Shown piece after piece: positions 54,771 through 64,000 of a DNA stretch of 64,000 bases. Source of the stretch: Flavobacterium sp. (GTDB lineage: Bacteria; Bacteroidota; Bacteroidia; Flavobacteriales; Flavobacteriaceae); contig JASLED010000019.1 of assembly GCA_030151255.1 (NCBI GenBank), positions 1,342 through 65,341 of the forward strand, in the 5' to 3' direction. Position numbers and translations under genes: made by a program. Position 1 is the stretch's first letter; each line of letters opens with the position of its first letter. Under the pieces are notes generated by a model. It saw only the letters and a program-made list of their open reading frames with translations. It ran no database searches and was not told the DNA's origin.

Positions 54771-55478
54771 TTATTTTTTTTCCTGTTCGTGTTGATAAAG
54801 CCACTGAATATCTTCCCACAGTTGCTCCATGTTTTTAGTTTCTGGATCTTTTGTGTTTAGATTTGTGCCATCATAAAAACCTCTAATTCGTCCTTTGCTA
54901 TCAACCAACACAAAATTCTCTGTATGCACCATATCATACAATTCTTCCGCAGAACCTGTTTTTACAGCTAAATAAGAATTTCTAGCTATAAAATAAATAT
55001 CGCGTTTATCGCCAGTTACCAAATTCCAAATCGAATCATCAACACCGCGTTTTAAAGCATATTCTTTCAATACTGGAACGCTATCAATATCTGGAGTTAC
55101 AGTATGTGACAATAATTTTACACCTTTTAAAGTTTTGATTTTATCTTGCAGCCACTCCATATTATCTCCCATTATTGGGCAAATTGTTGGACAAGTTGTA
55201 AAAAAGAAATCAGCAACATAAATATGTCCTTCATAATCTTTTTCGGTAATTGTATCTCCATTTTGATTGATGAAAACAAATGGTGCTATCTTATGTTCTT
55301 GCTTATTGGCTTTATGCTGAATTAAACTATCTACCATTTCTGGATTTACCATCGAAGGCGTGTAAACTGGTAAGCTTTTTCTGTACTTTAAAGCGTTGTA
55401 AAACATTGCCATAATACCGCAACACAAGATAAAAAAGCCTATGAAAAAATATCTATAACGTTTGAAAAATTGCAACAT
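54771..55478 (-). CDS. SCO1/SenC-family thioredoxin-like copper chaperone
   Basis: 235 aa with an N-terminal TM anchor, the CxxxC motif FTTCPTICP and a conserved His context (VTPD...HT). Confidence 0.85.
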   Translation of the reverse strand: MLQFFKRYRYFFIGFFILCCGIMAMFYNALKYRKSLPVYTPSMVNPEMVDSLIQHKANKQEHKIAPFVFINQNGDTITEKDYEGHIYVADFFFTTCPTICPIMGDNMEWLQDKIKTLKGVKLLSHTVTPDIDSVPVLKEYALKRGVDDSIWNLVTGDKRDIYFIARNSYLAVKTGSAEELYDMVHTENFVLVDSKGRIRGFYDGTNLNTKDPETKNMEQLWEDIQWLYQHEQEKK

Positions 55479-55659
55479 GATAATTTTATTTCTTACAAAC
55501 TTACAAATAACAATCTACAAATAAGTTAAAGCTTATATAAAACCTAAGGCGAAACCCATGCAAAACATCAGTTATTTACTCAGGTTAGCTACATAAATTA
55601 CCACAAATTATTCTTTAATTTTTTAGCGCTTAAAAAACCATTTCTCTAAAGATATTTAT

Positions 55660-55667
55660 TATTTTTG
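55660..55667 (+). promoter_or_regulatory. candidate -7 box (TATTTTTG) upstream of the M13 peptidase gene
   Basis: An exact TAnnTTTG match 35 nt before ATG 55702. Confidence 0.35.
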
Positions 55668-55701
55668 TTTGAATTGACAAATCGTAAATAACTAAAATCA
55701 A

Positions 55702-57768
55702 ATGAATAAAAGAGTATTATTGACTTCTGCAATTGCTCTATCTGCTTTGGTTGCTTGTAAAGATGGCAAAAAAGCAGAAGAAGTAGCAGATCAAGAAAAT
55801 CACGGAATCAACCTTGAGTATATGGACTTGAGTGTAAATCCTGGCGATGATTTTTTCCGTTATGTAAACGGAACATGGTATGACAACACCGAAATTCCGG
55901 CAGACAGAACGCGCTGGGGAAGTTTTGATGAACTAAGACAAAACACAGACAAAGATGCCTTGGCTATTTTAAAAGAAGCAGCAGCGGCAAAAACATTAGA
56001 CCCAAAATCAGATCAGGCAAAAGCAGTTGCTCTTTTCGAATCTTATTTGGACAATGCTACACGTAATAATTTAGGAATTGCTCCATTAAAACCATACATT
56101 GAACAAATCAACAACATCAAAACAGCAGCTGATGTTACAAAATTAATTAATGATTTGGCTGATGAAGGTGGTTTAGGATTTTACTCAAACTATGTTTATG
56201 CAGATGCTAAAAACTCAAACGAAAATACAATTTACTTAAGTCCAGGTTCATTAGGATTACCTGATCGTGATTATTATGTTTTAAAAGAAACTGATATGCA
56301 AGAAAAACGCGATCAATATGTAGCTCATGTAGCTCGTATGTTTGAACTTGCTGGTGAATCTAAAGAAGAAGCTACCGCTGATTCTAAACGCGTTTTGGCT
56401 ATTGAAACAAAACTGGCTGAACCAAGATTAACAAGAGTAGAGCGTAGAGATAACAAATTAACTTACAACCCAATGACAATTGCTGAGTTACAAAAACTTG
56501 CTCCTGTTGTTGATTGGAAAGCTTATTTTGATGCAACTGGTATAAAAAATATCGATAAAGTGATAGTTTCTCAACCAAACTATATGAAGGCTTTAAATGG
56601 TGTGCTTACAAATAAAAACATAGACGATATTAAAGCTTATTTAAAATGGACTTTAATTAACGGTTATGCATCAGTTTTATCAACAGATATGGAAACTGCA
56701 AACTGGGAATTCTATTCTAAAACTTTAGAAGGTGCAAAAGAGCAAAAACCTGCTGAAGAAAGAGCTTTAGCTGTTGTAAACAACAATATTGGCGAAGCGT
56801 TAGGACAATTATATGTTGCTAAAAAATTCCCAGCTGAAGCAAAAGCAAAAGCGCAAGAAATGATTAAAAACGTTTTAACAGCGTTTGGAGACAGAATCAA
56901 AGCGTTACCTTGGATGGCAGAAGAAACTAAAAAAGGTGCTTTAGAAAAATTAGCATCAACAACAATTAAAATTGGTTATCCTGACAAATGGGAAGATTAT
57001 TCAAAAATGGATATTAAATCTCCTGCAAACAAAGGAAACTATTTTGAAAACATGCTAAATGCAACAAAATGGTCAGTTGCACAAAATAGAGCTGATTATG
57101 GAAAACCAGTAGATAAATCTAGATGGGGAATGGCACCACAAACGGTAAATGCATATTTCAATCCAATGTATAATGAAATTGTATTCCCTGCTGCTATTTT
57201 ACAACCTCCTTTCTACGATTACAAAGCTGACGAAGCTGTAAACTACGGAGGAATAGGTGCTGTAATTGGACACGAAATTTCTCACAGTTTTGATGATTCA
57301 GGTGCTCAATTTGATAAAAATGGTAACTTGAACAACTGGTGGACAGATACTGACTTAGAGAAATTCACAGTGTTAGGAAACAAATTAGCAGATCAGTATA
57401 GTGCTTTAGAGCCACTGCCAGGAGTTTATGTTGATGGTAAATTTACTTTAGGTGAAAACATTGGTGATCTTGGTGGTGTAAACGCTGCTTATGACGGTTT
57501 AAAATTATTCTTGAAAGAAAAAGGTGATCCTGGATTAATTGATGGATATACACCTGAACAAAGATTTTTTATCTCTTGGGCTACTATTTGGAGAACAAAA
57601 GCTAGAGATGAGGCTATCAAAAATCAAGTAAAAACAGATCCACACGCTCCAGGTTATTATAGATCTTATGTTCCTTTACAAAACGTTGATGCATTCTATG
57701 AAGCATTTGATGTAAAAGAAACAAACAAGCTTTATATTAAACCAGAAAATCGTGTAAAAATCTGGTAA
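55702..57768 (+). CDS. M13-family (neprilysin/PepO-like) zinc metallopeptidase, lipoprotein
   Basis: 688 aa with the lipoprotein signal LSALVAC, the HExxH motif GHEISHSFD, GENIGDLGG (the ExxxD motif) and a C-terminal KIW. Confidence 0.9.
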   Translation: MNKRVLLTSAIALSALVACKDGKKAEEVADQENHGINLEYMDLSVNPGDDFFRYVNGTWYDNTEIPADRTRWGSFDELRQNTDKDALAILKEAAAAKTLDPKSDQAKAVALFESYLDNATRNNLGIAPLKPYIEQINNIKTAADVTKLINDLADEGGLGFYSNYVYADAKNSNENTIYLSPGSLGLPDRDYYVLKETDMQEKRDQYVAHVARMFELAGESKEEATADSKRVLAIETKLAEPRLTRVERRDNKLTYNPMTIAELQKLAPVVDWKAYFDATGIKNIDKVIVSQPNYMKALNGVLTNKNIDDIKAYLKWTLINGYASVLSTDMETANWEFYSKTLEGAKEQKPAEERALAVVNNNIGEALGQLYVAKKFPAEAKAKAQEMIKNVLTAFGDRIKALPWMAEETKKGALEKLASTTIKIGYPDKWEDYSKMDIKSPANKGNYFENMLNATKWSVAQNRADYGKPVDKSRWGMAPQTVNAYFNPMYNEIVFPAAILQPPFYDYKADEAVNYGGIGAVIGHEISHSFDDSGAQFDKNGNLNNWWTDTDLEKFTVLGNKLADQYSALEPLPGVYVDGKFTLGENIGDLGGVNAAYDGLKLFLKEKGDPGLIDGYTPEQRFFISWATIWRTKARDEAIKNQVKTDPHAPGYYRSYVPLQNVDAFYEAFDVKETNKLYIKPENRVKIW

Positions 57769-57780
57769 TAACACAAAAAT

Positions 57781-57814
57781 AAAAAAGGGCATTTCAATTG
57801 AAATGCCCTTTTTT
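57781..57814. terminator. bidirectional terminator between the M13 peptidase (+) and the S41 peptidase (-); same palindrome as 31070-31091
   Basis: An A6 run, gggcatttcaattgaaatgccc (57787-57808), and a T6 run. Confidence 0.75.
57787..57808. repeat. 22-nt perfect palindrome, copy 2
   Basis: The sequence gggcatttcaattgaaatgccc is identical to 31070-31091. Confidence 0.8.
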
Positions 57815-57816
57815 AT

Positions 57817-59403
57817 TTAGATCTTTCTCTTCTCTTTTTCTTCTATAGATAAAATCATCGGATCTGTATTTAATAGCCATTTATAATATGCTTCCTGACT
57901 TCCAAGCTGATGCAAATATTCGGCAATTAAAAAATGAACAACTAATTTTTGATGTTTATCTAAAGTAAAAAACAACTTATTGTTGGTCAAATATGTTTTA
58001 AAACTAGCAAACAATTGCTTATTTCCTTTTAAATATTCAATCAATTCAATGTCAGACATTTTTAAAAGTTTTGCACGTTGCTTGTCAATTTCCTGAAAAA
58101 CAAAATAACTTACCATTCCTGATTTCATCATCATTTCTACGGCTTCTTCACCATGTTTCACGCCAATTGGTACAAATATATCTGGCACAATACCACCTCC
58201 GCCATAAACAATGCGTCCATTTAGTGTTTTATATTGCAAGCTATCGGCAATCTTAATGCTATCGGCAGCATATAATTCGCCATTATTATATCGAGTTCTA
58301 AAATCGTTGTTATATTCATCTATCCCTCTTTTGTAACTTTTTTGAATAGATCTGCCTGATGGGGTATAATATCTAGCAGTTGTAAGTCGAATGGCCGATC
58401 CGTCTCCTAAATTCAACTCTCGCTGAACCAATCCTTTTCCAAACGTTCGGCGCCCAACAATTGTGCCTCTATCATTATCCTGAATAGCTCCTGCAATAAT
58501 TTCGCTTGCTGATGCGCTATTTTCATTTACCAATACAAAAATTGGTTGATCAGAATACAATCCAGAGCCTTTTACTTTCGTTATTTTTTCTTTTCCTCCT
58601 CTGTTAATTGTTTTTACAATAACCTGATTTGTTTGTAATAAATCATTCAGCATTTTTGTTGCCTGATCCATATATCCTCCGCTATTATCGCGAAGATCGA
58701 TAATCAATCCTGTTATTCCTTGTTGAATCAAGTTTTCTAAACCGCTTTTAAATTCATCATAAGTTGTATTAGAAAAACGATTGATTTTTAAATATCCTAA
58801 GTTATTATCTAGCTTTACAACAGCATCAACACTTTTTATAGCAATTGGCTCTCGCTTTAGTTTTACATTAAATGTTTTGTTGTTCATTTTGCGATAAACG
58901 ACTAAACTAACATCGGTGCCTTCTTCTCCTCTTAAAACAGTTAAAATTGTATCTGAAGATATTTTTTTACCAAACAACTTATGTCCGTTTGCTTCTAAAA
59001 TTCGATCGCCAGCTTTAATTCCTGCTCTAAATGACGGGCCATTATCTAATGGTTTGATAACTGCCAATGAATCTTTGTATAAATAATACTGAACGCCCAC
59101 TCCCACAAAACTCCCTTGCATTGATTCAGTTACTTCTTTCATTAAATCTTTGCCGATATAAACAGAATGTGGATCTAATTGCTCTAAAATGGTGGTTACT
59201 GTATTATCTACTATCGAATCTGTGTTAACCTGATCTACATATTCTTGTTCGATCAAATCTAACAATCGATATAACTTAAGTTTATTCTGATTAAGAAATA
59301 TTCCTGGTGTTGATTGTCTAGATGCAGACACAAAAAAACCTCCAAGTAAAACACCTAGAGAAAGTGAAATAGAAATAATAAGTGGCCAATAATATTTTTT
59401 CAT
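57817..59403 (-). CDS. S41-family C-terminal processing peptidase with PDZ domain
   Basis: 528 aa with an N-terminal TM, a PDZ-like segment (GIKAGDRILEANG), the catalytic Ser context NENSASASEI and the Lys context RTFGKG. Confidence 0.9.
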   Translation of the reverse strand: MKKYYWPLIISISLSLGVLLGGFFVSASRQSTPGIFLNQNKLKLYRLLDLIEQEYVDQVNTDSIVDNTVTTILEQLDPHSVYIGKDLMKEVTESMQGSFVGVGVQYYLYKDSLAVIKPLDNGPSFRAGIKAGDRILEANGHKLFGKKISSDTILTVLRGEEGTDVSLVVYRKMNNKTFNVKLKREPIAIKSVDAVVKLDNNLGYLKINRFSNTTYDEFKSGLENLIQQGITGLIIDLRDNSGGYMDQATKMLNDLLQTNQVIVKTINRGGKEKITKVKGSGLYSDQPIFVLVNENSASASEIIAGAIQDNDRGTIVGRRTFGKGLVQRELNLGDGSAIRLTTARYYTPSGRSIQKSYKRGIDEYNNDFRTRYNNGELYAADSIKIADSLQYKTLNGRIVYGGGGIVPDIFVPIGVKHGEEAVEMMMKSGMVSYFVFQEIDKQRAKLLKMSDIELIEYLKGNKQLFASFKTYLTNNKLFFTLDKHQKLVVHFLIAEYLHQLGSQEAYYKWLLNTDPMILSIEEKEKRKI

Positions 59404-59410
59404 TGTGCGC

Positions 59411-59839
59411 TTAATCTAAATTCGGAAGATACATAACTTCTACACCTGCTTTTTCTAGGAAACGGATTCCTTCTGTATCTTTATAATCTTCTAGATACAC
59501 TACGCGTTTTATTCCTGCTTGGTGTATCAATTTACTACAATCTCTACATGGAGACATTGTAATGTATAAAGTAGCTCCTTCACAACTTTGTGTAGAACTT
59601 GCAACCTTTAATATTGCATTTGCCTCTGCATGCAAAACATACCAATAAGTTTGGTCGTGTTCATCTTCACAACAATTTTCAAATCCGGTTGGTGTACCAT
59701 TGTATCCATCAGAAATTATCATTCTATCTTTCACAATAATAGCACCTACCTGTTTGCGTTTACAATACGATAATTTTGCCCATTCTCTTGCAATGCGCAA
59801 ATATGCTGTATCATACTTAGTTATCTTGTGATCTGACAT
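59411..59839 (-). CDS. deoxycytidylate (dCMP) deaminase
   Basis: 142 aa with the cytidine/deoxycytidylate deaminase zinc motifs HAEANA and PCRDCSKLI. Confidence 0.88.
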   Translation of the reverse strand: MSDHKITKYDTAYLRIAREWAKLSYCKRKQVGAIIVKDRMIISDGYNGTPTGFENCCEDEHDQTYWYVLHAEANAILKVASSTQSCEGATLYITMSPCRDCSKLIHQAGIKRVVYLEDYKDTEGIRFLEKAGVEVMYLPNLD

Positions 59840-60074
59840 AAATATACTATTTTACTTTCTATCAATATACTGCAAAAATACATATAAGTTTTACTACTCA
59901 AGCTTCAAATTTTCAACTTGTGCTTCTCTTTACAGCTCATTTATTAGAATCAGTTAAATCTTTTCTTATAAATCATAAAGTTTAAATTTATTTTTCATTG
60001 TTCATTATTTTGTATTAATAATATTTGTAAATTAACGGATATGAAACAATTTGTTAAACCAAAATAATAGAATA

Positions 60075-60503
60075 ATGGCACATTTAGATTTATACGACAC
60101 TGGTTTTAAGGAAAGAAATAAAGGACATTTTGCTGCTATCGTACGCGTTGCACTAGCAAATGGTAATTTTAGTATTGAAGAAAAAGTATTTTTAGATGAG
60201 CTATCAAATCGGTTAGATATTTCTCAGGAAGATTATATAAAAATATTAGCACACCCTGAAAAATACCCTATTAATCCGCCTTACTTAGAAATTAATCGAA
60301 TTGAACGTTTGTATGACTTGGCACGAATGGTTTATGTAAATCATGTTTTAGGTCCAAAACAAAAAGATATTTTACGAAAATTTACCGTTGCATTAGGCTT
60401 TACAGGAGATATTGATCATATTGTAAACAAATCTTTATCGCTTCTAGTTTTAGAAGTTGATATAGATACTTTTATTGCAGAAATTAAAAAATTGAAAAAA
60501 TAA
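60075..60503 (+). CDS. TerB-like / DjlA-N-like small helical protein (tentative)
   Basis: The start was moved to ATG 60075 (MAHLDLYD). The segment GHFAAIVRVALANGNFSIEEKVFLDELSNRLDIS resembles TerB-family repeats. The assignment is weak. Confidence 0.4.
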   Translation: MAHLDLYDTGFKERNKGHFAAIVRVALANGNFSIEEKVFLDELSNRLDISQEDYIKILAHPEKYPINPPYLEINRIERLYDLARMVYVNHVLGPKQKDILRKFTVALGFTGDIDHIVNKSLSLLVLEVDIDTFIAEIKKLKK

Positions 60504-60537
60504 AAAAGCGGAGTGAACAAAATTCACTCCGCTTTTT
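60502..60537. terminator. bidirectional terminator between the TerB-like gene (+) and fbp (-)
   Basis: An A6 run, gcggagtgaa-caaa-attcactccgc (60508-60532), and a T5 run. Confidence 0.7.
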
Positions 60538-60539
60538 AT

Positions 60540-61553
60540 TTATTCTTTATGTTGAGCCATAAATTCTTCGGCTTTTTCTACCATTTTTTTACTTCCACAG
60601 AAGAATGGAACACGTTGGTGTAACTCTGTAGGTTCAATATCCATAATTCTTATAAACCCATTAGAAGCTCTACCACCAGCCTGTTCTATAAGAAATGCAA
60701 TCGGATTACATTCGTACAATAATCTCAATTTTCCGTTTGGTGCTTTACTACTTGTTGGGTATAAATAGATTCCGCCTTTCAAAATATTTCTGTGAATATC
60801 AGAAACCAAACTACCAATGTATCTTGCAGAATATGGTCTGTTTTCTTCCTCTGCTTGGCAATATTTTAAATAATCTTTTACTCCTTGTGGAAAATGAATA
60901 TAATTTCCTTCATTTACAGAATAAATATTTCCTTCCTCTTTAATTTGCATATTTGGATGAGAAAGATAAAAAGTGCCAATTGCTGGATTTAACGTAAATC
61001 CATTCACACCTCTTCCTGTTGTATAAACCAACATAGTTGACGAACCGTAAACAATGTAGCCCGCTGCAACTTGGTTTTCTCCTTTTTGCAAGAAATCTTC
61101 CAATTGCACTGGAGTTCCTACAGGTGTAACTCTTCTGTAAATAGAAAAAATTGTTCCTACAGAAACGTTTACATCAATATTTGAAGATCCATCTAGCGGA
61201 TCAATCAACACTACATATTTGCTATCGTTTCCGCCTTTTTTTCCATGAATTGCAATAAATTCATCTTCTTCTTCAGAAGCAATTCCGCAAACAATTTCGC
61301 GATTTACAAGTGTGTTAATAAACACTTCATTCGCATAAACATCTAGTTTTTGTTGTTGTTCTCCTTGAATATTTTCAGCGCCAAATGCACCTACAATATC
61401 TACTAATCCAGCTTGATTCACTTGATGACTAACTACTTTAGCAGCTAATCTTAATGAATTAATTAATCTTGATAATTCTCCAGAAGAATATTTAAAATCT
61501 TCTTGTTTATCGATAATAAACTCTCCTAACGTTTGATGTCTTTTTGTTGTCAT
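60540..61553 (-). CDS. fbp: class 1 fructose-1,6-bisphosphatase
   Basis: 337 aa with the motifs [19 protein letters not shown] and GGIYLYP. Confidence 0.93.
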   Translation of the reverse strand: MTTKRHQTLGEFIIDKQEDFKYSSGELSRLINSLRLAAKVVSHQVNQAGLVDIVGAFGAENIQGEQQQKLDVYANEVFINTLVNREIVCGIASEEEDEFIAIHGKKGGNDSKYVVLIDPLDGSSNIDVNVSVGTIFSIYRRVTPVGTPVQLEDFLQKGENQVAAGYIVYGSSTMLVYTTGRGVNGFTLNPAIGTFYLSHPNMQIKEEGNIYSVNEGNYIHFPQGVKDYLKYCQAEEENRPYSARYIGSLVSDIHRNILKGGIYLYPTSSKAPNGKLRLLYECNPIAFLIEQAGGRASNGFIRIMDIEPTELHQRVPFFCGSKKMVEKAEEFMAQHKE

Positions 61554-61649
61554 TAAAAATTGATTCTATAGTTGTGCTTTTGCTATGCAAATATCGTTAA
61601 TTTTGTTATTCCACAACTAAGTTATTAATTATAAATACAACTTAATCTC

Positions 61650-62120
61650 ATGAATATTAGAACAGCTACGCCAGCTGATATGCCATCGGTTTTAAACTTA
61701 ATAAAAGAACTTGCTATTTTTGAAAAAGAACCTGATGCTGTAGTTATAACAGTAGAAGATTTAATTAGAGATGGCTTTGGCAATAATCCTCTTTTTAACG
61801 TTTTTGTTGCTGAAAAAGATAATTCTATTATTGGAATGGCTTTATTTTACTATCGATATTCTACCTGGAAAGGAAAAACTATTCACTTAGAAGATCTTAT
61901 TGTAAAAGCCAACGAGAGAGGAACTGGCGCAGGAATGGCTTTGTATAAAAAAGTAATTGAAACTGCCCAAAAAGAAGGTGTAAGAAGAGTAGAATGGGTT
62001 GTGCTTAATTGGAATACGCCTGCAATAGATTTTTATGAAAAGTCGGGAGCAACTGTTTTAAAGGATTGGTATACTGTACAAATGGATGAAGAAAGTGTTC
62101 ACTCATTTCTAAATAAATAA
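61650..62120 (+). CDS. GNAT-family N-acetyltransferase
   Basis: 156 aa with the acetyl-CoA-binding motif region LIVKANERGTGAGMALYKKV and the C-terminal segment AIDFYEKSGA. Confidence 0.8.
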   Translation: MNIRTATPADMPSVLNLIKELAIFEKEPDAVVITVEDLIRDGFGNNPLFNVFVAEKDNSIIGMALFYYRYSTWKGKTIHLEDLIVKANERGTGAGMALYKKVIETAQKEGVRRVEWVVLNWNTPAIDFYEKSGATVLKDWYTVQMDEESVHSFLNK

Positions 62121-62123
62121 AAA

Positions 62124-63377
62124 ATGGAAGTTTATAAATTTGGAGGAGCTTCTGTAAAAGATGCAGAAAACGTAAAAAATGTTGTCAAAGTATTGCAAAC
62201 TGTTGGTTATACTGACAGTATTATTATTGCATCTGCCATGGGAAAAACAACCAATGCACTTGAAGTTGTTGTATATAATTACTTTAATCAACCTGAGTTA
62301 ATAGCAGAAGCAATTGCTGTTGTACGCAATTATCATTTTGAGATAATAGATAGCTTATTTAAACAAAAAAATCATGTAGTTTACACAGTGGTAAATCATT
62401 ATTTTGAAAAACTAGATACCTTTATCAACAACAATAAATCGCCAAATTACAACTTTGTTTACGATCAGATTGTAAGTACAGGCGAATTGCTTTCTACTAC
62501 AATTTTACACCATTATTTACATGAATCTGGAATTGAAAATACTTGGGTAGATGCTAGAAATTTAATAAAAACAGATATTACTTACAGAGATGCCGCTGTA
62601 AATTGGGAGCAAACTACAAATGCAATTCAAAACAATTTAATTGAACAAAAATTATATATTACCCAAGGTTTTATAGGTTCCGACTACAATGGTTTTGCAA
62701 CTACATTAGGCAGAGAAGGTTCTGATTATTCGGCAGCTATTTTTGCTTATGCACTTAATGCCAAAAAAGTTACCATTTGGAAAGATGTGCCTGGAGTGCT
62801 TAATGCCGATCCGCGTTATTTTTCAGATACCTCTCTTTTAGAACAAATTTCTTATCAAGAAGCCATTGAATTAGCATTTTATGGCGCATCTGTTATTCAT
62901 CCTAAAACATTGCAACCTTTGCGCCAGAAAGAAATTCCGTTATTTGTAAAATCATTTTTAACACCTACATTACCCGGAACTTCGGTATCTAAAGGTGCAG
63001 ATTTAAAGCCTTTTATTCCGTGCTTTATAGCAAAGAAAAATCAATTGTTGATTTCACTTTCTTCAAAAGATTTTTCATTTATTATGGAAAAAAACATCAG
63101 TGATATTTTCAAACTATTTGGCGAATACAATATAAAAGTAAATGTAATTCAAAATTCTGCCATCAGCTTTTCGGTTTGTGTAGAAGATAAATTTAACCAC
63201 TTTGAAGAATTACGCCAAAAACTTAGTGCAGATTATAAAGTAAGCTACAACGAAAACGTATCGTTATACACTATTCGACATTTTGATGAGCATTCTGCCG
63301 ATTTTGTTTTAGAAGGAAAAACTTTATTGCTAAAACAAGTGAATAGAGAAACAATGCAAATTGTTACCAAAGAATAA
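62124..63377 (+). CDS. aspartate kinase (monofunctional, with C-terminal ACT-like region)
   Basis: 417 aa with the N-terminus VYKFGGASVKD, the amino-acid kinase motifs TLGREGSDYSAA and VPGVLNADPR, and a regulatory C-terminus. Confidence 0.88.
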   Translation: MEVYKFGGASVKDAENVKNVVKVLQTVGYTDSIIIASAMGKTTNALEVVVYNYFNQPELIAEAIAVVRNYHFEIIDSLFKQKNHVVYTVVNHYFEKLDTFINNNKSPNYNFVYDQIVSTGELLSTTILHHYLHESGIENTWVDARNLIKTDITYRDAAVNWEQTTNAIQNNLIEQKLYITQGFIGSDYNGFATTLGREGSDYSAAIFAYALNAKKVTIWKDVPGVLNADPRYFSDTSLLEQISYQEAIELAFYGASVIHPKTLQPLRQKEIPLFVKSFLTPTLPGTSVSKGADLKPFIPCFIAKKNQLLISLSSKDFSFIMEKNISDIFKLFGEYNIKVNVIQNSAISFSVCVEDKFNHFEELRQKLSADYKVSYNENVSLYTIRHFDEHSADFVLEGKTLLLKQVNRETMQIVTKE

Positions 63378-63384
63378 ACAAAAA

Positions 63385-63410
63385 CCTCATTCGATCGAAT
63401 GAGGTTTTTT
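63385..63410 (+). terminator. terminator downstream of the aspartate kinase gene
   Basis: The palindrome cctcattcgatcgaatgagg (63385-63404) is followed by a T6 run. Confidence 0.7.
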
Positions 63411-63495
63411 GTTTAAAAAAATAAATTCATTATTAGAAAGAAAAACTGCTAATTAGAAATATACTATTTTTGAGCTTCAGGAGTTTATACATACA

Positions 63496-64000
63496 ATGAC
63501 AATAAATAAATTATTTTTTTTATGCTTTTTTTTCTGTTGTACATTAACAATGGCGCAAGAAAATATTTCATTGTATAAAACAGTTGAATGGACCAATGCT
63601 TCTTCTGTATTTGAATTGCCAAACACGCCTCTTAATAATACTTTTTTTGAAATAATAGATGCCAATAATACGGTCTTATCAACAAACAATTATTCCGTAA
63701 ACTTCGAGCAAAACATTATTTACTTAACAGATAATTCGGTAGCATTTCCGCTAAAAATAACTTACTTGGAGCTACCATCTTTTCTAACCAATTCTATTAG
63801 TTATTACAACAATAACCGAATTGTGCCCAACCAAGCCGGCGAACTTCGCTTGCAACACAATAACCAACTGGCAAATAGATATGTGCCTTTTGAAGGATTA
63901 AATGTTTCTGGAAGTTTATCAAGAGGAGTTACAGTAGGAAGTAATCAGAATGCAGTAACTAACTCAAATTTAGACCTCCAAATTACAGGAAGATTATCCG
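63496..64000 (+). CDS. 5' part of a signal-peptide-bearing protein running off the window (function unknown; possibly a large outer-membrane/surface protein)
   Basis: Hand translation from ATG 63496 stays open to the window end. It reads MTINKLFFLCFFFCCTLTMAQENISLYKTVEW...GLNVSGSLSRGVTVGSNQNAVTNSNLDLQITGRLS. It is not in the ORF track because it has no in-window stop. The 63477-63689 minus ORF is its antisense shadow. Confidence 0.55.
   Translation, partial: MTINKLFFLCFFFCCTLTMAQENISLYKTVEWTNASSVFELPNTPLNNTFFEIIDANNTVLSTNNYSVNFEQNIIYLTDNSVAFPLKITYLELPSFLTNSISYYNNNRIVPNQAGELRLQHNNQLANRYVPFEGLNVSGSLSRGVTVGSNQNAVTNSNLDLQITGRLS

Noticed and set aside
1-64000. CRISPR arrays, tRNA/rRNA/tmRNA genes, riboswitches (e.g. 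FMN upstream of ribE), IS elements, integrases, toxin-antitoxin pairs or defence-system genes.
   Set aside because: No spaced direct-repeat arrays were seen. No GC-rich structured intergenic segments of tRNA or riboswitch size are present. The ribE leader is only ~57 nt and is shared with the pdxA promoter. No ORF shows transposase, recombinase, nuclease-helicase or defence hallmarks.

Overview
Low-GC chromosomal segment that looks like a Flavobacteriia-type Bacteroidota genome. The evidence for that placement is PorP/SprF and type-B-CTD type IX secretion (T9SS) genes, TAnnTTTG -7 promoter boxes, and A-run/hairpin/T-run terminators. I count about 60 protein genes. I saw no rRNA, tRNA, CRISPR, IS element, integrase or phage genes. 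All product calls come from motif recognition by eye, since no searches could be run. Most of the window is housekeeping: an ada-like/alkB pair, tdk, rsmI, recJ, asd, rimP-nusA-infB, ribE, pdxA, yceD-rpmF-fabH-accB-accC, a csp, a complete 14-gene nuoA-N operon, feoAB, fbp, aspartate kinase and several peptidases. The one clearly accessory stretch is about 10.26-24.47 kb. It holds an orphan NarL-type response regulator behind a 400-bp AT-rich spacer, then a tightly packed six-gene minus-strand operon (11372-23700). That operon encodes a 1906-aa modular surface protein with no recognizable T9SS sorting domain, two paralogous secreted proteins that share a novel-looking N-terminal module, a 419-aa type-B-CTD protein, a PorP/SprF protein and a TPR/beta-propeller/OmpA protein. 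The operon plus its 770-bp AT-rich upstream region is bracketed by a roughly 45-bp imperfect direct repeat that contains an identical terminator hairpin, which suggests insertion into a former convergent-gene terminator. This is the best candidate for an undescribed system. Secondary observations are a terminator-like hairpin in the rimP-nusA-infB leader, a 46-aa Cys-rich feoB-associated ORF missing from the ORF track, a second duplicated palindromic terminator, several start-codon corrections supported by -7 boxes, and an ORF running off the 3' edge.
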